A stretch of 63,444 bases of DNA, the filler included, from Malacoraja senta (Eukaryota): assembly GCA_038087875.1 (NCBI GenBank). It is 3 parts of 3 records of this genome, joined end to end, with 100 filler letters (N's around TTAATTAATTAA, not from the genome) between each part and the next. Parts side by side here need not be neighbours in the genome. Positions count along the whole stretch, not along the records: positions 1 to 28,313 come from CM075978.1; 2 more parts are not named here. One strand, 5' to 3'. Below the pieces are notes generated by a model that was not told the origin of the DNA, did no database searches, and saw nothing but the letters and a program-made list of their open reading frames with translations. Position 1 is the stretch's first letter. Every line of letters begins with the position of its first letter. Below, piece after piece: positions 13,701 through 25,700 of the stretch. The translations under genes were made by a program, and so were the position numbers.

Positions 13701-16700
13701 GTACACTAGCACTGTAAGGCAGCAACTCTACCGCTGCACCATTGTGCCATCTCATAACGCCTCTGTGCCATCCCCCATGTTGTAGAAACATTTGTAGAAG
13801 CAATGCTGGGCAAGGGATAAATATTTTGTCCAGAACAACATTTCAGACTGGAGGCCTGTGACTCAAGAATCGGTGCTGGGTCCATTGTAATTTGTGATTT
13901 GGATGAGAACGTACAAGGCATGAGTAGTAAGTTTGCAGATAACACCAAAGTGGGTGATATTGTCGATAGCAATGATGGTTATGAAAGATTACACAGGAAC
14001 TTGATCAATTATGCAAGTGGGCAGAGGATTGGTTAATGGAGTTATATCGGATAAATGTGAAGTGTTGCATTTTGGGAAGTCTAACCAGTGCACGGCCTTC
14101 ACAGTAAACGCCAGGGCTCTGGGGTGTGTCGTATAGCAGAGGGATCTAAGAGTTCAGATACATATTCCCTTGAAAGAACTGTCGCTATACCTTCTCCCTC
14201 GACTCTGTCCACGGACCCTGACAGTCCTTTCATGCTAGGCAGAGGCTCACTTGCACCTCCTCCAACCTCATCTACTGTATCTGTTGTCCAAGATGTGGAC
14301 TCGTACATCAGCGAGACCAAATGCAGACTGGGCGATCGTGTCGCAGAACACCTTCGCTCAGCCCGCCTGAACCTACCTGGTCTCCTGGTTGCCAAAAACT
14401 TTAATTCTCCTTCCCATTCCTACACAGACCTTTCTGTCCTAGTTCTCCTCCATTGTCAGAGTGAGGAACAGCATCTTATATTTCGCTTGGGCAGCTTACA
14501 GCAAAGTGGTATGAATATTGATTTCTGTCACATCAGGTAGCCTGGCATTCCCTCTCTCTCTCTCTCTCTCTCTCTATCCCTCCCCCACCCAAGTCGCACT
14601 AGCTTCTCGTTTTCACCCAACAAACAGCTTTATCATCATTACTTTTTTGCATATCTTTCATTCTTTGTTCTTTATCTCTCCACATCACCGTCTATAGCTC
14701 TCGTTTCCCTTATCCCTAACCAGTCTGAAGAAGGGACTCGACCCGAAACGTCACCCATTCCTTCTCTCCAGAGATGCTGCCTGTCCTGCTGAGTTACTCC
14801 AGTTTTTTGTGTCTTGAACATAACTTCAGGGTGGTCAAGAAGGCTTTTGCACATTGGCCTTCAACAGTCAGGATCTTGAGCATAGATGTTGGGTTGTTAT
14901 GTTATGAGTGTACAATGTGCTGGTGAGGCCACAGTTGGAGTATTGTGTTCAGTTTTGATCAACCAATTACGAATCTCTTCTGAGGCTCAGTTGGTAGTGT
15001 TTTTGCAATGGAATCAATGGGTTGCGGCTTCAAATTCCACCATGGACATTGGAGTACAAAAATCAAGACGAACTCCTCAGTCCAGTAGTCTCTCCAGATT
15101 GTAGAACTGGTCACTGGAATATCAACAATAGAATAATTTTGTGACGATAATCCACCTTAGTTTAGCAGCACAGAAGGGTGACTGCAGAATATAGGTCCAC
15201 CAGCGATTTTCTGACAATTGGTGCTGCGGCACCTCCTTTAATCTGCACAAAATCATGAGAGTGCACTTGAAATCACTCCCCCCGAAAATGTGACGCCTAG
15301 GCCGGGTAAGGCGGCCGATCTCGACCTCATCTGAACGGCGGGTAGAATTTGCTCCCCGCAGACTCTCACCGGGCTGAAGCGGGAAGATCCATTCCCATAG
15401 CCAACTTCCGAGACCCACGTTGCCGGTATCTTGGCCCCTCGATGGCCTAGGTGGACCGTTCCTGTGCCATTGGAATTCTCTCTGTTGGTCTGGAATAAAG
15501 GGATAATCCAGAAAGGCTCCAAAATCAAGGGTGCCGGAAAATCGATGGTGGACCTGTATTTGCCTTCCTTCATCTCAGGATGCACAATGTACTTCTAGTT
15601 CTCACGTTTAGGATTTCCATAATTCTATGAACTGTGTACATTTAGGTGGAAGGGGGACTATGGAGATCAAATACAAAAATACTTCCCATCCAACTACGTG
15701 GAAGAAATTGCTGCTGAAATTCAAGAAGATATTGGCAGCCAGGTATGTTTTGTTTGACTTAATTTTTCTTAGACAACCTTAAAAACTCGGCCTTAATGTA
15801 TTCAGCTGCACTACAGGTGCTCCCCGATTTACGATGCTTTGACTTGCGATATTTCGACTTTACGATCGGCAAACACTCGGCAATGGCAGCGAGCCGCACG
15901 TCACTTCCGGTCACGTGATCGCAATTTATCAAATGTGTTTTCGACTTGCGATATTTTCGGTTTACGATGGGTTTATCGGAACGTAACCCCATCGTAGGTC
16001 GAGGAGCAGCTGTATTCTAATTATGTGTGTATCTCAAAGCACGCCTTGTAAAGAATCTTTCTTAAAGTTATGTTTCCATCTCTGATNNNNNNNNNNNNNN
16101 NNNNNNNNNNNNNNNNNNNNNNNNNNNNNNNNNNNNNNNNNNNNNNNNNNNNNNNNNNNNNNNNNNNNNNNNNNNNNNNNNNNNNNNNNNNNNNNNNNNN
16201 NNNNNNNNNNNNNNNNNNNNNNNNNNNNNNNNNNNNNNNNNNNNNNNNNNNNNNNNNNNNNNNNNNNNNNNNNNNNNNNNNNNNNNNNNNNNNNNNNNNN
16301 NNNNNNNNNNNNNNNNNNNNNNNNNNNNNNNNNNNNNNNNNNNNNNNNNNNNNNNNNNNNNNNNNNNNNNNNNNNNNAATGGTCTCAAATTAATTGTGAC
16401 TAGTTTGCAGATCTCTCCACTGTGCTTATTCCTATTTTTATTTTATTGTTCAGATAACAGAAGATAATCCACTAGGCGTATTTTGCATAGGAATCGTGGA
16501 GCTGGCTAACTGTTCTGTTGGTATGTATGGACTGTCCTCTGATCTACACAATGTGATTATTTAGATTGTCTTGATTTCACTTGTTCTGATGAGCTTGAGA
16601 TGCAGTTCACACATGCAACGCTACACTAAACATTGAAATGATACTTACTTTGAAAACAGTTAAGCAGACAAATGGGATGCATGAGATGGCCTTTGTATTC

Positions 16701-19700
16701 ACGATCCAACCTAAAGTACCCGTGGATGCTCCACCACTGGACATTGCTACTGAATCATTGGAAGATTTGTTTTCATGGTACCATGAAATGGTACAAAATT
16801 CCCAGAAGATATATGTACAGGTATGTCTCTGCCAAAATATTTATTTAAAATTAAAGAAAACTATAAATTAAGTATGACACAAAGTGCTGCAGTAACTCGG
16901 CGGGTCAGGCAGCATCTCTGGAGAAAAGGGATGGGTGACGTTTCAGTTCAAGACCCTTCCTCAGTCCGAAACATCACCCATTCATTTTCTCCAGAGATGC
17001 TGCCTGACCCACTGAGTTACTCTGGCACTTTGTGTCTATCTTTGGTATAAATCATCATCTGCAGTTCATTATTTCTGTCAATAAAGTATTCCTGATCACT
17101 AACAATGATTTCTAACTTAAGTCGAATAACATTGACTAATTTACGATTTACGAGGATGTTGCCAGGACTCGAGGGCCTGAGCTATAGAGAGAGGTTGGGC
17201 AAGACTAGGACTTTATTCCTTGGAGTGCAGGTGGATGAGGGGTGATCTTATAGAGGTGTCTAAGATCATGAGGCGAATTGATAGTGTACATGCACAGAAT
17301 CTTTTACCCAGAGTTGGGGAATCAAGAACCAGAAGATATAGATTTAAGGTGAGAGGGGAAAGATTTAATAGGAACCCAAGGAGCAACATTTGCATATAGA
17401 GGGTGGTAGATATATGGGATGAGTTGCCAGAGGAGGTGGTGGAGACAAGGTAAGTGTGAGAAGAATGTTTCCTTGGGATTCCAGAACTAGAGGTCGCAAC
17501 CTCAACATGAGGAGAATAAAGAAGAATCTTTTTCCATCAAATAGTTGTGGATCTTTGGAATTATTGAACCTGAGGGTTCAATCGAGTTTATTCATGACAG
17601 ACTGATGGATTTTAAAGGTTACAGGAACTGAGGGTCTGTGAGAGAAATTGGAGTTGAGAAAGCAGATGATCTTATTGACAGGCTGCCTGCTCCTGTCTCT
17701 CTCTGCTCCTGTTCTTTGCTGATTTATGGGTAAGCAGTTTACATGTGAAATGCATTTCCTGCATAATGATTTCCTCCTGAATGGTACAAAATGGTACTTG
17801 ATTTTAGCTTTGTTTTAACAGGAGGAAAATCGAAATGAGATGGAGAAGAAGCAACAAATTGCCAAAGAGTTATCTGATTTAGTTGTGTACTGCAGGCCTG
17901 CAAAGTGCAAAGACAATTTTCCAACTGGTAATTTTTTTAAATCTTGCCACTACTGAACAGATGGTTTCTCCTTTATGTAGAAATAAAACAATCTATCCTA
18001 TCAGAATTAATCACTCAATATTTCCCTGCATAATAAAACATCGAACAGCACAGCACAAGACCAGGCCCTTCGACCCACGATGTTGAATATGATGCCAAGG
18101 TCATCACTTATCTACCTGCACTTAACCCATTTCACTCTATTCCCTGCATATCCATGGGAGTATCCTAAAGTCTTTTAAATGCCACTAACATTTGTTTCAA
18201 CCACATTCCAGGCACTCACCACTCGCTGTGTAAAATAACTTTCCCCACACATCTCCTTTAAACCTTGGACCTCACACCCAGCAACAATACAGTTAGAAAT
18301 TATAACATTGTGTAGTTTGTTGCACAAAAACATTATAACAATATTAGTTCAGGTTAGTTTCAAGATACAGCTTGGAAACAGATCCTACGCCAACCATCGA
18401 TAATTTATTCTAATTAATTCTATGGAATTTCACTTTTTCATCCATTCCCTACACATTTAGGGCAATGTATAATGGCCAATTAACCTACAAAACATGCACA
18501 TTCTTGGAATGTGGAAGGAAACCGGAGCACCCAGAGGCAACCCACGTGGTTAGTTTAGAGATACAGTGCGGAAACAGGCCCTTCGGCCCACCGAGTCCAC
18601 ACCGACCAGCGATCCCAGCACATTAACACTATCCTACACATACTAGGGACAATTTACACGTACACCAAGACAATTAACCTGCAAACCTGTACGTCTTTGT
18701 AGTGTGGGAGGTAACTGAAGATCCCGGAGAAAACCCATGTGGCCATGGGATGAACGTAAATCTCCCTACAGCCAGCGCCCATGGTCAGGATCGAACCCGG
18801 GTGTCCGGCGCTGCAAACGCTGTAAGGCAGCAACTCTACTGCTGCACACCGTGGCCGCACTGGGAGAACGAACAAACTCCACACATGCAGCACCCGAGAT
18901 GATGATTGAACCGGGTCACTCGCACTATGAGACTACAACTCCACCTGCCATGCCAGGGTGCTGCCTTAATAGTATTTAAGTCATTCCTGAATGGTAGTGA
19001 AGGTCACTGGATGCTACCGAAATAGTGTGTCTGGCTCCAGCACGGCACTGACGCATGTTCAAGTCTCACCTATTCGGTTACTCATATCTTATATAGTGAG
19101 ATTCAAACACTGGCTTGCCTATGTCTCGCAACATCTAAAGCAATTGAAAGGGAGAGCAACATCCACTTTGACCATGCAGGTTATTCTTTACATTAAAGTA
19201 AAATCACAGTAATTATGGATTGTTCATCCATCCAATCTGTGGTTGCAACCATTTGTGCATTAAATTCTTTGGAGAGTTTTGGTGCCAAAATATGTTTGGA
19301 ATTGTACACCATGTGTTGTTCATTCTCGTGCAAGGAATTGCTTCCTGATATCAGTACATATTTTCAAGTTGTATTGATTATGCCATTAACAATGGTCTCT
19401 ACCTTCATAAGATTATTTCCTTTTTGTTTCCGTTCTTAACTGAGAAATCTGTGCTTCTCTTGTCCTTTACCACTACGTCCGGGATTATAACATTGCGTAA
19501 TTTGTCGTGCAAAAAAATTATAACGATAATAGAAAAATTATACCTTCCTTTTAACAATCATATTTTTAGCATAGCTTTCAAGATATGCGATATTGAGTAC
19601 GCTATTACCTCTTCATTAGTCTGGGCACGTGATACAATCTATAAATTGCCTTTGTTAGATGTTGCTGAGTATATTTAACATAAATTCCTTGGTTTTGTTC

Positions 19701-22700
19701 ATCCTTACCTATTTCATTGATACAATTTGTGCGTAGGATATCATTATTTCCTTTTGTAATACTTTGCAGATTTTAACATTACTGTTTCATCTGTCATTAC
19801 TCTGCCGTCCTACATAAATTGACCATTTCATTGCTGATAATCTATATCCTCAGCCGACATGTAAAACTGACCATATCCTATTTCCCCACCACACCAATGC
19901 ACCTCAGTTGATTTTGCTTTCCATTGACACTGGCTTTTTTACATCCTTGCCAAAGTGACAGGTTTTGCTCATTCTATAATTTATGCTCTTCCCTTATAAA
20001 TGTAAGGATGCTATGAAAGTATTAAGGTACAGACACAAATGTAACTGTTGCAATCTGTTGTTTTTTCAGCAAAAGACAGTATTGATTACAAAGAAATAAG
20101 ATCATTTGCAGAAAATAAGGCAGAAGCTATCCTCAAACAAAAGTCCAAAGAGTTTCGGGAATACAACCGTAAGCAACTATCCAGAATCTACCCCAAAGGC
20201 CAACGCATTGAATCTTCCAACTATGACCCAATTTTGTTGTGGCAACATGGATCCCAAATGGCGGCTCTAAATTATCAAACGCCAGGTACATGATATTTTT
20301 CAGAATTACTTATTGAAGTTCTGAATTGTACTTCATAGAATGTGTATTGTGTAACCTTTGAAATTATATTAAGAGTGGACTGCAGTCTCTATAATGTGAC
20401 AAGCTGAAATTTACGCAAATTCTTGTCAACAGTAACGCATCCCAAGAATTTCTGATAATCTCTTGGATATCCCCGTAATTATAAGAGTTGGATTGAACAT
20501 GTGTTTATTATTGAAAATGAGTTAGATTGAATGCTGATAATACATATTTTTCTTCTCTTTGGTCTCTCCACATAGAAGGAAAAAATAAGTATTTTAAATA
20601 ATGCCTTTCTTGACCCAAGAACATTCCGTAGTATTTTACAGTCAATTAAAAAAAATTTTTTTTAAAGTGTAATCATCACAATAAATATTAATATTGATGT
20701 TCATCCCCTATACTTAGCACAAAGCAGGAGAAGATGGTTTGCATCCTTTTGTCCATAAAAATTCCTAGGAAACCAATTCAATTATTCCCTTTCTCCTCTC
20801 CGATCTTCTCTGCGCTATCCAATTTATTTTCTGATTCTTTTTTGCCATTAACCTACGCTAAAGGGTAATTCACAATTGCCAGTTAACCTGCTATCCATCT
20901 TGGGTGTGGGAAGAACCTAGTAATCCAAGAGAAAGCCCATTCAGTCACAGATAGCATCCGAGGTTAGAATTGAACCCACGTCCCTAGAATTGTGAGGCAG
21001 CAGCACTACCTGATGCATCACTGTTCGACTCTTATGAAAATTGAAGTTTGAAATTATCAAACCATTATTAAATTACATTAAGAATAATAAGTTTAAACAT
21101 ATCTGATCTGAGAAACATGTTCTCTCACAACATTAAAAAATTATGTGGGAAGGAACTGCAGAGCTGGTTGAAGCTGAAGATAGACACAAAATGCTGGAGT
21201 AACTCAGTGGGACAGACAGCATCTCTGGAGAAAAAGGATGGGTGATGTTTGTGTTCTATAAGACACCAGGAATAGCAATTTGGTGTTGCTGTACCTGAAT
21301 TTCCGATGCCAATTTTTGCTTAATTGGAACAAAAACTACTGTTGAACACACACCGCGGAAGTTATGATTGGTCCCGACCCAAAGTGTCACCTATCCACAT
21401 CCTCCAGAGATGCTGCCTGGCCCATTACTACAGCATTTTGTGTCTTTCTTTTGTAAAACACACATATTCTGTGATTTTGAAATGGACTGTGACTGTTTTA
21501 ATGTATAATTCCAACAGACTTGAATTGATAGTGGCGCAAGTTGTTGTGTTTTGGTGTTAGAGTCCTTGAGTGTTAGAGTCCTAGAGTTAAAGAGATTACA
21601 ACAGGCCCATTGGCCTACCATGTCTACATCATCCATCATGTGACGCTCCTGTATGCATCAGAAACCTGGACAACATACCGACGCCATGTGGAAACACTTG
21701 AAAAGTTCCATCAACGATGTCTTCGAAGCAGCTTAAATATCAGCTGGGAAGACAGAAGAACCAACGTCAGCATGCTGAAAGAAGCAAAAACATCTAGCAT
21801 CGAATCCTTCATCATCAAGAACCAACTAAGATGGGTCGGTCATGTTGTTCGGATGGAAGACAAGCATATACCAAAGCAAACCTTCTACTCCCAGCTTAAA
21901 GAAGGCAAACGTAAAAGAGGCGGACAAAAGAAGAGATTCAAAGACGCCGTAAAAGCCAGCATGAAGAAATGTGAAATCGACATCGACAATTGGGAAACCA
22001 ACGCCAAGGACAGGAAACTCTGGCGAACCATCATCCAAGAAGGAACAGTGACCTTCGAAGCCAACAGATGCGCAGAATTAGAAGAAAAGAGAAAATGGAA
22101 AGAGAGGCAGCAACAATCAAAGCCTGATCTGCCATCTGGAATTACCTGTCCTGAATGCTGAAGAACTTTCAAAGCCAGGATTGGACTCATAAGCCACCTG
22201 AGAGTCCATAAAAACAACGGGGATAGCCACGACGACATGTGGTACTAATCCCATTTGCCTGCATTAATTCCTTATCCCTCTATACCTTGCTCATGCAACT
22301 ATTTGTCCAGATACCTCTTACATGTTGTTACTATTCCTGCTTCCATCACCTCTTCTGGCAGCTCATTCCAGATATCAACAACTTTTTGTGTGAGAACGTT
22401 ACCTCTCAAATTCCCTTTCGACCTCTACGTCTCACCATTAAACCTATGCCCTCCAGTTTCAGACACCCTTACCATGGGAAATAAACTCATGCTCTCAACA
22501 CCTCTTATAATTTTATACACCTCTATCATGCCACCTCTCAGCATCCTTTGCTCCAGGTGAAATAGACTTAATCTATCCAATTGCTCCTTATAAAGCAAGC
22601 CCTCTAATCCAGGCAGAATCCGTATGAATCATTCAGCCTAGTCTCGCTTAATGACATAACTTCCTGCATACAATCATTCTGCAGAAAAAAATCTAAGTAA

Positions 22701-25700
22701 AGTTCCTACATAATTCATTTCCTAAGTCAGTGAAATTATGATAAAATTCATTTGCCATGATTCTACTTCCACAAATGTATATATATATTTTAAATAAAGT
22801 TAAGAACACAAGAAGATGAAGCATCAAGGCATTGGACTCCCTTACGGCCGCCTCTTTCAACTCCAACTCCATATTTACTTTGGATTTAGAGATCCTGTAT
22901 TTAGACTATATAAACCATCATGTTATACTACAGTTTCACCACCGATTTTCCGTCAACTGGTGGTCCAGCACCTCCTTAACTCTGGGCAAAATCACAAGAG
23001 TGCACTTGATTTCTTCTATTCCCTGTCAGTTGACTGCTCAACAAAGATTGCTTGTATGAACCCTTGTTACAAATTGAGAACAGTGTTTGTACATACAACT
23101 GACTGTACATATGACAATAAACTTGATTTGATCTTAATTTAATAAGTTATTGATACTATATAGAGTGTATGCACATAAAATATAGAGAATAAAAGTTAAG
23201 GAATACCTAATTCACATATATGATGAGATATTGATCTTTTAAGTCCACATAATATTTTCCATGCCGTAAGAATTAATAGTTCTTTGGTAGTGCATTAGTT
23301 ACAGTGAAGATTTGAGATTTACTAATCAATTTTGCTTAAATATTAGAAACTAAGTATTTGCTCATGCAACCACCAGATGGAGCCACAGTCCTTGGGTAAA
23401 ATTATTTGAAGCCTTGTCGATTTGTCTGATGGATGATAATAAATTAGTCTTCATTGTATGGTTGTATACCATTTTACAAAGAATACAGAGCTCCATACAA
23501 CATTTCCATAAGGACATTTAAACATTTTCTCAATGGCGCAGCAGTAGGTTTTTGGAGAAATATTCTCAAAAGCATTGGTCATGCCTCCTCCATGTTTTGA
23601 AGTGCTTGCTGTGAGTTGCCCATTCCATGAAATGAGCGGGAGGACAGGGATTTACATGTCTCAGAATACCATGTCGTGTTTGAGGTCTCCATTTTCAGGT
23701 GCTCTTTTACTTTGTCCTCCAAAGACTGTCCTGGTGCACTGGAGATGTTGATAAAATTAGTCCTCAGTGATTATCTGGCAGAGAGGTAACACAAGTTATG
23801 GGAAGGGATCCACCTTGATCAGAGTCATGTCATGATTTTGATAGGAGAATGGGGATAATAGGCGATGTAGTCAATCAAGGTAGGTTGGTGAAGAACTGAT
23901 GTCTTCTGGATATTTTGCGTCGGACCCACCTTCTTGGAAACTTAAGTGAAGGAGTCAATGTTGATTTGGATCCCTGCTCAAAGTGTGCACAAACACAAAA
24001 AGGTCTGCATGTTATAACTTGACTGAGCTTAGAATATTTTGAGCTGGAAGGTGATAAAGGTTCTGGAAGCCTTCCCAACTCTTGCCAGCCTGGAGGAATG
24101 CCAGAATTGTGATGGACAGTGAGTTGTGCAGAGGAAAGGAGCAAAGTAAGATCTATCTTTGGGAGGTGGGATTAGGCTGTGCCACTCTTTTTCGAGCATC
24201 ATAGGCAGAATAGGCTGAATGGCCTCGTGCATTGTACATTTTCTAGGTTTCTAAAAAAAAACAAGACTTTTCCACAGATGCTCATTGAGGTGGGCTTCAG
24301 GGCAGAGCAGGTACTGTAGATGCACTGACGCACCTGCAGCTTGGGACTTGTGTGGGAAGGAACGGTAGATGCTGGTTAAACTGAAGGTAGACACAAAATG
24401 CTGGACAAACTCAGTGGGACAGGCAACATCTTTGGAGAGAAGGAATGGGTGACGTTTTGGATCTGAAGAAAGGTCTCGACACATTCCTTCTCTACAGAGA
24501 TGCTGCCTGTCCTGCTGAGTTACTCCAGCATTTTGTGTCTATCTGCAGCTTGGGATTTGTCAAGTTGGGACTTGCTGTGGAATGTCAAACATCTTTGCAA
24601 CATCTTTGAGCTCCTCAGCAATGATCATCCTCTGTCCCTGTTTCTGCTGGTCCAGATTGCTAAATATGACAAAATGGATTGGTGGTGGGTCAGCACGACA
24701 GCTGTTGGCTTCTGTTGTGGCATGGGTTATGTGGACATTCTTGCAGTCCCTTGCTTGGATGATGATGTTATCTAAGAGGCACCAATGCCCGCATTTAGAT
24801 TGACCATAAGAGTGTCAGTTTTGTCTGAAGAAGAGTCTTGACCCGAAACGTCACCCATTCCTTCTCTCCAGAGATGCTGCCTGTCCCGCTGAGTTACTCC
24901 TGCATTGTGTGTCTATCTTCGGTGTTAGCCAGCATCTGTAGTTACTTCCTACATTTGACGTGCAGTCTCTTGGAAGATTTCATTGGAGTTAGCTTTCCCT
25001 TGTCCGTTCCTGCCAATTCACCTTACATGAAGTTCACTGCCTTTTTAATACACATTGGACTTTGGTCATTGTTTTCTCAAGGGTAGATGGAATTCCTCTT
25101 TGGATTCATGTGTTGCATCCAGGATTACTGATGAGAATTGTGTGCTGGTTTCAAATGAGATTTAATTATCTCACAGGAGTAATCAATCCCTTTGATGCTA
25201 GACTATCTCATTCTTGATTGTAAAAGGTGAGCCATGTGGTCAAGAGAGAGTCAGGAGTGTTTTACGAAAGGTTATATGTTACATTGCTTAATAATGATTG
25301 CATAAGTGTCAATAGAAGCTTGACAATTTCATTGGCCATCCACAGTGAAAGTAGCAGCTGTGTTCTTTGGTGCCTGACGGTGGGGAGGCTACATGGAATT
25401 TGTTTTCCAAGACAGCTTTTTTTCTGCTTGCCAATTTCCAAAGTAACTAAGTGGTTCTCTAGTTCCTGATCGAAATTGCACTTTAGCAAGTTAGGTCCAC
25501 GTAAAACTAATAGTGTTGCCCATTGCATCACACATATTATATTAAATTTGTATTGTGGAAACATCCGAAAAGCAAAACAACCTGTACTTAAAATTGCCCT
25601 GATTTATTTCAATTTTGTTACAGATAGGTCAATGCAGCTGAATCAAGCTATGTTTAATATGAATGGAAAAACTGGGTATCTGCTACAGCCTGAATCTTTG

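Noticed and set aside
18960-19930. Unique-looking AT-rich stretch that might be a hidden gene
   Set aside because: The minus strand shows traces of CR1 endonuclease/RT motifs with many stops; best read as an ancient LINE (low certainty).
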